A stretch of 64,000 nt of DNA from Sphingobacteriaceae bacterium (GTDB lineage Bacteria > Bacteroidota > Bacteroidia > B-17B0 > Aurantibacillaceae), in the NCBI GenBank assembly GCA_046345155.1, contig JBKDKI010000003.1, positions 2,026-66,025 of the forward strand, in the 5' to 3' direction. The notes under the pieces were generated by a model. That model worked only from the letters and a program-made list of their open reading frames with translations. It was not told where the DNA came from and did no database searches. Below, in pieces: positions 1 through 9,499 of the stretch. Within the stretch, counting starts at the first letter, position 1. Every line of letters starts with the position of its first letter. The translations under genes were made by a program, and so were the position numbers.

Positions 1-331
1 AGCAACCGCAAACTCATATCCTACTTTTGTAAACTCAAATTTGTGTTGTACAAAATTTGACCTTTATAGAATTTTGATAAATGTATATTTGTGTTTAGAA
101 TTTATACCACGCCACCTGTGGAAACCTGCAGTTTTTGTAACCTATTATTTTTTATATACTTCATATAGAGGAATGTCTATAGATGGTTTTTTACATGTTT
201 AATTTCATTTAATGTTAATATAACATGTAGCCTTATTAAAATTTCTTACATTCGTTTATACAATTATAAGAATGAATTCTTACTAAAAAAGAAACATTAC
301 AGCCCCTCTGCTAATTTTATTAAATAAAGGA

Positions 332-973
332 ATGAAAACTAAAATTGAAATTATTGTAGCCGACGATCAACCAATTTTTAGAAAAGCTATGGTGGCTTAC
401 CTAAATACGTTTGATCACATTGAAGTAATTGCAGATGTATCAAACGGAAAAGAGTTGATCAACCTACTTAAAAAACAATTGCCGGATATTATTATTCTTG
501 ATTTAAAAATGCCGGTAATGGATGGTTGGCAAGCTTTTGATATTTTAAAACAGCGATTTCCTATTATAAAAGTGATTGCATTTAGTAATTCGGATAGTGA
601 TGAAGTTGTATTCGAACTATTTGATAAAGGGATTAGTAGTTTTATTTCAAAGCACGATAAACCCGAAACAATTGATAAAACAATACGTGAGGTGTATTTG
701 AATGGCTTTTATATGGATGAAATTAGATGGAAAAAAAGAGAAGAATATACGCTGATTACGAAGATAAAGGATAGTTTGTTCTCTGAAAGAGAAACTCAAA
801 TATTAAAAGAAGTTTGTAATGGTTCGTCAAATAAAAAAATAGCGCAGAAACTTTATATAAGCGCACCTACAGTTAGTTTTCATAAGCAAAATATTTACAG
901 AAAGGCGAATGTTAACAGTGCCATTGGACTGATAACGTTTGCTACCAAAAATAGCCTATTGACCTTGGATTGA
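332..973 (+). CDS. NarL/FixJ-family response regulator (REC + LuxR HTH)
   Basis: REC motifs IIVADDQ, DIIILDLKMPVMDG and K (ISKHD). C-terminal LuxR HTH FSERETQILKEVCNGSSNKKIAQKLYISAPTVSFHKQNIYRK. Confidence 0.95.
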   Translation: MKTKIEIIVADDQPIFRKAMVAYLNTFDHIEVIADVSNGKELINLLKKQLPDIIILDLKMPVMDGWQAFDILKQRFPIIKVIAFSNSDSDEVVFELFDKGISSFISKHDKPETIDKTIREVYLNGFYMDEIRWKKREEYTLITKIKDSLFSERETQILKEVCNGSSNKKIAQKLYISAPTVSFHKQNIYRKANVNSAIGLITFATKNSLLTLD

Positions 974-1001
974 GCACCCCTGTGTGTTCTACTAAAATCA
1001 C

Positions 1002-1097
1002 CTATGCGATTGCATAGATTTTTGCTCAAGTTTTAGGGCAATCTTCTGTTTTGTAAATATTTACGGTATCAGCATATTTTTCTATGCGTTTACATAG
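1002..1097. promoter_or_regulatory. Two CTATG-N6-CATAG inverted-repeat boxes (1002-1017 and 1082-1097); candidate operators upstream of gspE
   Basis: ctatg-cgattg-catag and ctatg-cgttta-catag lie exactly 80 bp apart in the 183-bp intergenic region. Confidence 0.45.
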
Positions 1098-1156
1098 GCT
1101 GGCACCCTGTTTATATTGGGTAAATTAGGGCTAAGTGCGAAAAGCCGCATTTTGTA

Positions 1157-2593
1157 ATGGAACTAAACGCTATAAGTACCGATTTTAAGAACCAGATCAG
1201 CATAGATCAAGCTTGGTATTATAAAGTTGTTCCCTCAAAACTAGAGAATGGAATTTTGCATTTGTATTGCGAAAAAAACAAGCTTACACCAGAGTTAAAA
1301 GTTGAATTGGAGATCATGCTGGGAAGATCTGTTAATTTGATAGCCGTTGAACAATTTCAGGTAGAGCAGTTATTACTTACTTCTTATCCAAGAAATGCGG
1401 ATATCGGTTTAAATTCGGCTAGTACCGAAACATACAGATTGAATGTGAATGATAGCGGTTTTTTAGAAACGCTGGTAAAAGAAGCCAAGAGTCTTAATAG
1501 TTCTGATATTCACATTGAAACGTATGGCGAAAAATGCAGGATTCGTTTTAGAGTAGATGGCGTTTTAATTGACAGACACAAACTTAATAAAGGTGAGTAC
1601 CCAACTTTGATCAATAAAATAAAAATTGCAGCAAGCTGCGACATTGCTGAAAAACGTATGCCTCAGGATGGTCGTATTCGTTTCAAGTTCAATAATTCAA
1701 ATTTGGATATTCGTGTTTCTATTTTGCCTACACTCTACGGTGAAAAGATCGTATTGCGTTTGTTAGGTAGCGATGCCTCACATATACAAATTGAAAAACT
1801 TGGATTTACCAAGGAAGAATTAGAGCGATACGAGTTAGCTGTGAAAAAGCCAAATGGTATTATTTTGATAAGCGGTCCAACAGGTTCCGGAAAAACAACC
1901 ACACTTTACGCAACTCTTAAAGTATTAAATAAGCCAACCAATAATATTGTTACCATTGAAGATCCAATTGAATACACTTTGGATGGAGTAAATCAAGTTC
2001 AATTAAAAGAAGAAATAGGATTAACGTATACAGAAGCGCTGCGCACTTTTTTGCGTCAAGATCCTGACATCATTATGCTTGGCGAGATTCGCGATGCGCA
2101 AACCGCGCAAATGGCTATTCGCGCTGCGCTAACGGGGCATTTAGTTCTTTCAACCATACATACCAATTCGGCTTGGGGGACGGTTAGTCGTTTAGTTGAC
2201 ATGGGGATCCCGCCTTATTTATTATCTAATACATTTAATTTATCTGTTGCACAGCGTTTAGTTAGAATTCTGTGTACTCAATGCAAAAAGCAAATACCCT
2301 TTAATAAAAATGAATTACCATTAAATTACCGTCATCATAACCTGTTAGTTCATTACACGGCTCAAGGCTGCCAACATTGTCATTTTACAGGATTCAAAGG
2401 TCGTAAAGCGATCTATGAAGTAATTCATATTACAAAAGAACTTTCTGAAGAAATAAAAAATAACGCCACTTCAGTTGACGATTACTTAAAGAAAAACAAT
2501 ATTGATAAGCTTTCCGACAATGCACTTAAGCTGTTTAAGGTGGGAGAAACTACGCTTGAGGAAATTTACCCTTACCTTATAAACGATAATTAA
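1157..2593 (+). CDS. gspE: GspE/PulE/PilB-family assembly ATPase
   Basis: SSDIHIE, DIAEKRMPQDGR, Walker A GPTGSGKTT, TIEDPIEY Asp box, RQDPDIIMLGEIRD, TGHLVLSTIH His box, tetracysteine Zn motif CTQC...CQHC. Confidence 0.95.
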   Translation: MELNAISTDFKNQISIDQAWYYKVVPSKLENGILHLYCEKNKLTPELKVELEIMLGRSVNLIAVEQFQVEQLLLTSYPRNADIGLNSASTETYRLNVNDSGFLETLVKEAKSLNSSDIHIETYGEKCRIRFRVDGVLIDRHKLNKGEYPTLINKIKIAASCDIAEKRMPQDGRIRFKFNNSNLDIRVSILPTLYGEKIVLRLLGSDASHIQIEKLGFTKEELERYELAVKKPNGIILISGPTGSGKTTTLYATLKVLNKPTNNIVTIEDPIEYTLDGVNQVQLKEEIGLTYTEALRTFLRQDPDIIMLGEIRDAQTAQMAIRAALTGHLVLSTIHTNSAWGTVSRLVDMGIPPYLLSNTFNLSVAQRLVRILCTQCKKQIPFNKNELPLNYRHHNLLVHYTAQGCQHCHFTGFKGRKAIYEVIHITKELSEEIKNNATSVDDYLKKNNIDKLSDNALKLFKVGETTLEEIYPYLINDN

Positions 2594-2594
2594 C

Positions 2595-4505
2595 ATGATA
2601 TTTAAAAGAATAGTAATCATAATTCTGTTAACAATTAGTTCAGTATTGAACGCACAAGATCGTTTGGATGTTATCGACGAAAAATTGAATCAACTGAGCA
2701 AAGACTATCCAGGAATAAATGAGAAAGTTGAACTTTCAATGAATGGTGCCACCGTTCAAGAATATGTAAGAGCAATAGGGCTCAATAATAATCTAAATGT
2801 TAACGTAGATCCTGGCTTGGATATTAAGCTTACAAATACTTTCAGTAAGGTAACAGCAAAGGAAGTATTCTTGTTCCTCTGCAAGCGTTATGATCTCGAT
2901 ATACAATTTGTTGGCCCTATAATCACTTTTGTAAAGTATGTTCAACCATTAGTTGAAAAAAAGATCCAGCTGAAAAAACTTAAGATCGATTATATGAAAT
3001 CCGCCGATCTTTTGAGCTACGATCTTGCAAACGATACTCTAGGAAATGTAGCAAAGGAGATCACTAAACAAAGTGGAAGGAATATCATTTTTTCACCGGA
3101 TTTAAGTAACAAAACTGTTAGTGGCTTTATGCAAAACGCAAGTTTAAACGCTGCCCTTGAAAAACTAGCATTTGCCAATGATATGAAGGTGAGTAAAACT
3201 GAAGATGATTTTTATGTTTTCGAAAAAAGGCAAGTATTTGCTGATCCAAAAAGTAGTAATACAGCTTCTTCGTTCGGGAACCTTGGAAATGAGGGAAGTA
3301 ACTCAAAGAATGGCAAGAGTATCATTGTAAAGGATGGATTAATAACAATGGATGTAACTAATATACCAATGTCTGAAATTGTGAGTGTAGTTTCAAAAGA
3401 ACTAGGAAAAAATTATTTTCTATTCAACGAACTTAGAGGAAATTCAACCTTAAAAGTTGTTGATGCTCCTTATGATGAATTCTTAAAACTATTGTTTAAT
3501 GGAACAGATATTACATTTAAGCAAGATGGAAGCGTGTATCTATTTGGTGATCGTAATTTGGAAGGATTAAGACAAAGTAAGCTAATTACATTACAAAACA
3601 GAACCATAGAAAAATTACTGGATTTTATTCCAGCTGATTTAAAAAAGGGGATTGAGTTAAAAGTGTTTGAAGATTTAAATGGTGTAATCGTTTCTGGTTC
3701 TCAACCACGAATAAATGAGTTGGAGAATTTTTTACGACAATTAGATGTAGTTGTTCCTATGGTTCATATAGAAGTGATCATTGCTGATGTACGAAAAAGT
3801 AATTCGTTATCAGCGGGAATTTCAATGGGTTTGGGAACTGCGGGTACAGGAACAACCGGAGGTACTCTTCTTCCTGATTATAATGTGAGCTTAAACTCTA
3901 AATCCATTAATAATTTGATCAGCGGGATCAACGGATTTGGTATTGTGAATTTAGGAAATGTTACACCAAATTTTTATTTGAACCTAAAAGCGATGGAGTC
4001 TAATGGAATTCTTAAGCTACGTTCAACTCCACAGATAGCAACTTTAAACGGACATGAAGCAAAATTAAGCGTTGGTCAAACTCAATATTACCTTGAAGTA
4101 AATAATAATCTTGTAACTCAGGCTAACACGCAGCAAAACATTTTGCAAACGCAAAATTGGAAAGCAGTAAACGCAGATCTTTCTGTAACCATAGATCCAC
4201 AGGTATCAGGTGATGAACAAATAACAATGACTATTAATGTAAAGCAATCGAGTTTTACCGAGCGTGTTTCTAATACAGCGCCTCCAGGGACAATTAATAG
4301 AGATTTTTCTTCATTAGTACGTGTAAAAAATGGAGAGATGATCATGTTGGGTGGTTTAGAAGAAAATCAGATGAATAATTCTGGCAGTGGATTGCCGTTA
4401 ATATCGCGCATTCCAATCTTGAAATGGATCTTCGGAAATCGTACTAAATCAAAATCAGAGAATAAATTAACCATATTCATAAAACCTACAGTTATATACA
4501 GCTAA
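2595..4505 (+). CDS. gspD: Secretin (GspD/PilQ family)
   Basis: Signal peptide and N-domains. Secretin core: LKAMESNGILKLRSTPQIATLNGHEAKLSVG, VRVKNGEMIMLGGL, SGLPLISRIPILKWIFG, ENKLTIFIKPTVI. Confidence 0.93.
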   Translation: MIFKRIVIIILLTISSVLNAQDRLDVIDEKLNQLSKDYPGINEKVELSMNGATVQEYVRAIGLNNNLNVNVDPGLDIKLTNTFSKVTAKEVFLFLCKRYDLDIQFVGPIITFVKYVQPLVEKKIQLKKLKIDYMKSADLLSYDLANDTLGNVAKEITKQSGRNIIFSPDLSNKTVSGFMQNASLNAALEKLAFANDMKVSKTEDDFYVFEKRQVFADPKSSNTASSFGNLGNEGSNSKNGKSIIVKDGLITMDVTNIPMSEIVSVVSKELGKNYFLFNELRGNSTLKVVDAPYDEFLKLLFNGTDITFKQDGSVYLFGDRNLEGLRQSKLITLQNRTIEKLLDFIPADLKKGIELKVFEDLNGVIVSGSQPRINELENFLRQLDVVVPMVHIEVIIADVRKSNSLSAGISMGLGTAGTGTTGGTLLPDYNVSLNSKSINNLISGINGFGIVNLGNVTPNFYLNLKAMESNGILKLRSTPQIATLNGHEAKLSVGQTQYYLEVNNNLVTQANTQQNILQTQNWKAVNADLSVTIDPQVSGDEQITMTINVKQSSFTERVSNTAPPGTINRDFSSLVRVKNGEMIMLGGLEENQMNNSGSGLPLISRIPILKWIFGNRTKSKSENKLTIFIKPTVIYS

Positions 4506-5725
4506 TGTTTTTCGATAAGCTTATACCTAAGAAACTACTAATAAAGCAGGAAGTTTGTTCCGTTGAGGCTATATCTGATGAGCTCGCAACTACATATCAC
4601 TACACCGTATTAAAGAGTAAAGGAAGTAAGTTAGAAATTGCGTTTAAAGGAAGTGTAAAGGATTTAGTTGAACTTCCAAAGCAGGTATTGAAAGGGAAGA
4701 TTCCAATCGTATTGGTGATAAACGGAAAAGGCGTAATTATAAAGAAGGTTGATCAGACGGAGCAAGACGATCAAACCATAGAGCAAACCGTTGAACAGAA
4801 TTTACCTGCCATTAACAAAGAGGATTTTTATGTACAGGTTTTTAAGCAACAGAATTCGGCTTTTATTGCACTTTGCAGAAAGGAATTGGTAGATCACTTT
4901 ATTAGTGAATTTAGCATCCATAAGTACGAACTAGCAGGGCTGTTGATAGGTGTACCGGCATTAATTGGATTACAACCTTTATGGGATAGTTTTAATACCA
5001 TCAAAACAAGCTTGTATGATATTGAATTGAGTAATGGTTCTATAGATAAAATAAGTATTGGAGTTGGGGGAGATCATACTTTAAGTATAGATGGTTTGAC
5101 TTTGCATAAGGAAAATGTGCTAGGTTTTGCCGCTGGGTTGAGTTACTTGATGCAGAACAAGGTCGCTGCAAATGTTAACGCTAGTTTGGAGGATGTTTCG
5201 ATTAAACACACAGAGAAAAATAAATTGAAGTTGATAGCTGTAGTGAGTGTGTCTATTGCTTTTGTTGTAGCATTAACTAATGTTATTTTTTACACGGGGT
5301 ATTTTGAGAAAAACAATACATTAGAAACAGAGCTTTCGCTTTATCAAAGTAAATACGACGAAGTAAATAAATTATTGAGCGATTATCAAAGCAAGAAAGA
5401 TCTTATAGAGGATGTTGGGATTTTTAATAAGAATAAAATAAGCGAGTATGCCGATAAGATCGCTGCTTCTATTCCTGAGGAAGTAACACTCACGCAGATG
5501 TATTTCAATCCTCAAAAAGAAGACATTGAAAGTGAGGATAGTTTAGTTTGTTTTGAAGCAAAAAACCTAAGAATAAGTGGCAACTGCAATAAAAGTCTTG
5601 TTATTAATGAATGGCTAAATGTGTTAAAGATGCAAGACTATATAAAGGATGTAAGTTTACTAAGGTTTACGTATAGCAAAGAAGGTGTTTTACCAAATTT
5701 TGAGATTAAAGTTATAACCAAGTGA
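4505..5725 (+). CDS. GspL-like / PilM-PilN fusion alignment protein
   Basis: Large cytoplasmic N-part, a single TM (~aa 241-263), coiled coil, then PilN-like IAASIPEEVTLTQM...LRISG motif. Stop/start overlap with the secretin gene. Confidence 0.7.
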   Translation: MFFDKLIPKKLLIKQEVCSVEAISDELATTYHYTVLKSKGSKLEIAFKGSVKDLVELPKQVLKGKIPIVLVINGKGVIIKKVDQTEQDDQTIEQTVEQNLPAINKEDFYVQVFKQQNSAFIALCRKELVDHFISEFSIHKYELAGLLIGVPALIGLQPLWDSFNTIKTSLYDIELSNGSIDKISIGVGGDHTLSIDGLTLHKENVLGFAAGLSYLMQNKVAANVNASLEDVSIKHTEKNKLKLIAVVSVSIAFVVALTNVIFYTGYFEKNNTLETELSLYQSKYDEVNKLLSDYQSKKDLIEDVGIFNKNKISEYADKIAASIPEEVTLTQMYFNPQKEDIESEDSLVCFEAKNLRISGNCNKSLVINEWLNVLKMQDYIKDVSLLRFTYSKEGVLPNFEIKVITK

Positions 5726-6258
5726 TGTGGACTAAACTGGATTACAATAAGAAATGTTACCTGATGCTCGGAGGAGTAATTCTATTTTTATACTTGGGCT
5801 ATAAGTTCAGTTTTTCGGACACATTTGTTTTAAAAAGTGAGATAAACGAGAAGGAGGAAAAGCTTATATGGTTAAAAGAAAAGGAAAAGGAACTTCCTAC
5901 ACTTAGAGCTAAAATGAATGAGTTTGAAAAGGCCTACACGAAGGGAGATTCTATTTCAGTGCGGGATAAATTAACCTCTTATATTTCAGAGTTTGCAGAT
6001 GAAAATTCGTGTTTAGTAACCGAAATACCGGGAACATCACTGTTCAATAAAAAAAACATTCAAGTACAAACTAACACGTTTACAATTAAAGGAAATTATA
6101 AGGATCTGCTCACTTTACTTCATACACTTGAAACAAAACATAGATACTTGGCCAGGATCATGTCCGCAAAGTTTTATACAATTAAAGATCAGCAGGCCAA
6201 AAAGAAGAATTTGTATTTAACCATCATTACTCAATCATTTGAACATCAAACATTATGA
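5722..6258 (+). CDS. GspM/PilO-like protein
   Basis: N-terminal TM, coiled coil, and FTIKGNYKDLLTLLHTLE, which resembles the PilO G.Y..L..FL..LE motif. Operon position agrees. Confidence 0.65.
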   Translation: MMWTKLDYNKKCYLMLGGVILFLYLGYKFSFSDTFVLKSEINEKEEKLIWLKEKEKELPTLRAKMNEFEKAYTKGDSISVRDKLTSYISEFADENSCLVTEIPGTSLFNKKNIQVQTNTFTIKGNYKDLLTLLHTLETKHRYLARIMSAKFYTIKDQQAKKKNLYLTIITQSFEHQTL

Positions 6259-7205
6259 AGAAGTCAGGAATTCTTAGTTTAGTTGTATTGTTTTTTACTT
6301 TATGTAAAAAGGATTTTATTGTAGAGAACATTGAGGATAAAACCATCACGGTTAATGCACCTGCTAATAATCTTATCACCACAAATAATAAAATCACTTT
6401 TTGGTGGGAAGAGTTAGATGGCGCTGAAAGATATAATATCCAAGTAGTAAAACCATCCTTTGCAAATATCGCTGAAATTATAAGTGATACGAATATTACG
6501 AGTACAAAGTTTAACCTGACGTTACAACCCGGTATTTACCAGTGGCGCATTAAGGCTATAAATGCAGGTGGTAATACAGCTTTTCAAACCTTCAATTTAA
6601 AAGTTGATACCACCAGCAATTTAAGTAGTTTAACAGTAAGCACCATTGATCCACCCGCAAATTGGCTAACTGGAAATAAAAGAGTAAGTTTCTCTTGGAA
6701 TTCGTTAAATGCAGCAGATTCATATCAAATTGTTTTGTTGAACTCAGCAAATGGTACTATTAAAGATACAGCGACTACGCTAACAACATATACATACACA
6801 TTTCCGTTGCAGGGAGCTTATTCGTGGAAAATACGTGCGTTGAACGATTTTAGTATTTCACAATACAATGCAGCGATAACTTTTACTATTGATCAAACAG
6901 CTCCATCGGCACCAATTCCTACATCGCCCTCACATGGAGCAATTGTAACTCCAACAAATAACCTTTTATGGAATAGAATAGGGGCGCCGGATGCCAAGTA
7001 TGATAGCATTTTTGTTGCTACAGATTCTGCATTTACCAATATTATAAGTTATACTAAGTCATACGCCCAAACCATAGCAATTAACGCACTTAATAGTTCG
7101 CCACCCGCAACCGGTAATACCTATTGGTGGAGATTGCGCTCGGTGGATTCGGTAGGAAATAGATCGGTGTTAAGTAATCAGTTAAAATTTAAATTGAATC
7201 CATAA
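6255..7205 (+). CDS. Lipoprotein with tandem fibronectin type III-like domains
   Basis: Lipobox LFFTLC-KKD. Three repeats of the type W..L..A..Y.IQ...Y.WRI.A.N (WEELDGAERYNIQ...YQWRIKAIN; WNSLNAADSYQI...YSWKIRALN; YWWRLRSVD). Confidence 0.75.
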   Translation: MKKSGILSLVVLFFTLCKKDFIVENIEDKTITVNAPANNLITTNNKITFWWEELDGAERYNIQVVKPSFANIAEIISDTNITSTKFNLTLQPGIYQWRIKAINAGGNTAFQTFNLKVDTTSNLSSLTVSTIDPPANWLTGNKRVSFSWNSLNAADSYQIVLLNSANGTIKDTATTLTTYTYTFPLQGAYSWKIRALNDFSISQYNAAITFTIDQTAPSAPIPTSPSHGAIVTPTNNLLWNRIGAPDAKYDSIFVATDSAFTNIISYTKSYAQTIAINALNSSPPATGNTYWWRLRSVDSVGNRSVLSNQLKFKLNP

Positions 7206-7206
7206 A

Positions 7207-7704
7207 ATGTTAAAAGGAAAAAAGGGAATATATATTCTTATACCTCTTAACATCTTTATTTGGAGCTTCTTCGTATATCGTATTTTCTATTACGAATCGG
7301 AAGATACTATTGTAGAGATATCACAAACTCGCGTAAATACAGATAATCTAACTGATACAGCCATATATAAATTAAAGATGAACTATGAAGATCCTTTTTT
7401 GAAGAAAGAAGCTGTTTTACGATCTCATAATTTAATTGGGGAAGTGAGACCAAAACAAGAAGTGAAAAAGACTGAAACAAAGATCAAGCCGAAAGAGGAA
7501 CCAGTAAAGGAAATTCTGGATGTAAAATATCTTGGCCTAGTTAAGAACAACTCTAGTGGATTTGCAACAGCTATTGTAAGTATTAATGGTACTTCCAGGC
7601 TTATCAAGCAAGATGAAGTTGTTGGTGATATGTGTTTTAAGAATTTTACAAACGAGAGTTTAACAATACTAAAGAACAAGGAGAAAATAGTAATTCAGAA
7701 GTAA
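7207..7704 (+). CDS. GspC/PilP-like protein (TM + HR domain)
   Basis: N-terminal TM, Lys/Glu/Pro linker, then YLGLVKN...TAIVSINGTSRLIKQDEVVG, resembling the GspC HR/PilP beta domain. Confidence 0.6.
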   Translation: MLKGKKGIYILIPLNIFIWSFFVYRIFYYESEDTIVEISQTRVNTDNLTDTAIYKLKMNYEDPFLKKEAVLRSHNLIGEVRPKQEVKKTETKIKPKEEPVKEILDVKYLGLVKNNSSGFATAIVSINGTSRLIKQDEVVGDMCFKNFTNESLTILKNKEKIVIQK

Positions 7705-7827
7705 GTAAAGTTGGAATTCTAAATATTTAGTTTTTTTTAGAAGAAAATTAATGTTAATTATTTTAGTCTTTAAAGATTTAAATTTTTTTAGAACTTAAAC
7801 ACCCTTATTAATTATTAACTTTATTGC

Positions 7828-8043
7828 ATGGAACGTAAAGAGATATTGGAGCAGTTGGCAAGTTTGGAGTCGGTTTATGGATTAGGTGCAAGAAAGTACT
7901 TAAATGATTTGAATTTAGGAAAGCAGTTCATTTGTGAATGTTATGAGAGCATTCGCGAGGATCGCGCATCGATGGAAAAACATTTTGGAATAACCTTGGT
8001 AAAAAAAATAGTGACTTATGCAGAAGTGAACTGCGAGGACTAA
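7828..8043 (+). CDS. Small hypothetical protein (71 aa)
   Basis: ATG preceded by an AT-rich Bacteroidota-type initiation region. No recognisable motif. Confidence 0.45.
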   Translation: MERKEILEQLASLESVYGLGARKYLNDLNLGKQFICECYESIREDRASMEKHFGITLVKKIVTYAEVNCED

Positions 8044-8415
8044 AACTGAGTTCGGTTATGTTTGTCGTCATTGGGTTGCAGCTAAAGTTTGGCAGCCTTG
8101 CGTAGTTAGGTTTTCGAAGCATGAACTTTCTTAATCGATAAAAGATACTTTAAAAATATATATGTTTACTAGCGAGGGCAAATAAAAGTCGCAAATCAAT
8201 CGCTGTTCAGGACAAATTTAGTCCAAATTCAACTGCTTAAGTATAGTTGCCGTTACGTAAAAGTTTCTTGACTAGGGTACAACACAGTGATTTATATTTT
8301 AAATCCTAATTCAAATTAATTCATTAAAATGTACGTAATAAATATCTAACCACTTTTCACTCTTTGTGTGCTTGCATTCTAGTTTATAAATTGTTCACAA
8401 AGTAAGCTCAAGGTT

Positions 8416-8446
8416 TTTGGTATGAAAATGAAACTCATTAAATTTG
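8416..8446 (+). promoter_or_regulatory. Bacteroidota sigmaA promoter (-33 TTTG / -7 TAAATTTG)
   Basis: TTTG 8416-8419, 19-nt spacer, TAAATTTG 8439-8446. Confidence 0.6.
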
Positions 8447-8604
8447 TTTATTGAATTCTAGGCTTATCATTCGAGAAGCCACAGTTAGCAGTTATCTTAA
8501 GTCGTAATTATTGATGCACCACTATGAGATGTTCTTCTCGTGCGCGTATTTACAACATTTAATATTTACCACATTTATTATTTATTAATTTAAAACTGTT
8601 TAAC

Positions 8605-8973
8605 ATGTTTAATAGAAAGCGAAAATGTAAAAATCCTGATTGTCGAATAGAATTCGACCCTATAAATCCAAAGGCCGATTGTCATAACAAGTCGTGCAAT
8701 AACCGTATGAACCATTTAATTAGAATGGCCAAAAAACTGGGCATCAAATCTCAGGAGTTAATTTGGAATTATGTTATAATGCGATCATGTTATGATCAGC
8801 GGAGAATAACTCAACACGGTGATTATTTAGAGGAGTTAGGTGTGAATTTTAATGCATTTCCCCCACCTGTGCCATTTAAACCTGGTGATCCACCATCGGT
8901 TTTGGTGGCAGGCGATCTAGGTCTGGTATTGATCAAAGATAAATTATTCAGAATTGTAAAAAAGACAAACTAA
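8605..8973 (+). CDS. Zn-ribbon-containing hypothetical protein
   Basis: CKNPDC...CHNKSC cysteine pairs. The C-terminal half (LEELGVNFNAF...GDLGLVLIKDKLFRIVKK) recalls a widespread Bacteroidota small Zn-ribbon family; this is from memory and not verified. Confidence 0.7.
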   Translation: MFNRKRKCKNPDCRIEFDPINPKADCHNKSCNNRMNHLIRMAKKLGIKSQELIWNYVIMRSCYDQRRITQHGDYLEELGVNFNAFPPPVPFKPGDPPSVLVAGDLGLVLIKDKLFRIVKKTN

Positions 8974-9479
8974 TGGAATTACCTAAAGGAATACAGCCAA
9001 CACGCGTTAATCTTAACGAGTTGGAGAATCACAAGGAAGAACAACCGGGAGCTACCGAGGGTGGTAAAGGTGAAACGGATTACAACGAGCGTTTAAGAGA
9101 GTTATGGAATAAGGACAAAGTATTTGATCACAAAACTAAGGCTAGTTTCAGAGCAGATCAAACAACTAAGGACGCACCCCCACCATCAGAGACGCCGAAT
9201 TATCGCAACGGTAAGTATATTATTCTAACCATCATTTTGATCATTGTGGTTCTAATTATTTACTATGTTATAAAGCGGCAGAGGAAGGTTCAAGAAGCCA
9301 TGAGATCTAAAATGGAATCGGGGGATGAGCCATATAATTACATTAACTCATTAAGGGCTTCAGATTTTGGTCGCAATATTATGAGTGGGGCAGAGGTGTT
9401 TTTTTATCTGTTAATACTATTTGCTATTGTAAACATGATAGTTAAGGTCGCAAAAACATCTAAGGTTGTATTAGAGTAG
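8973..9479 (+). CDS. Hypothetical membrane protein (2 TM)
   Basis: TAATG overlap with the upstream ORF. Hydrophobic runs YIILTIILIIVVLIIYYVI and VFFYLLILFAIVNMIV. Confidence 0.7.
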   Translation: MELPKGIQPTRVNLNELENHKEEQPGATEGGKGETDYNERLRELWNKDKVFDHKTKASFRADQTTKDAPPPSETPNYRNGKYIILTIILIIVVLIIYYVIKRQRKVQEAMRSKMESGDEPYNYINSLRASDFGRNIMSGAEVFFYLLILFAIVNMIVKVAKTSKVVLE

Positions 9480-9499
9480 AATGACATGAAGCATAAAAT

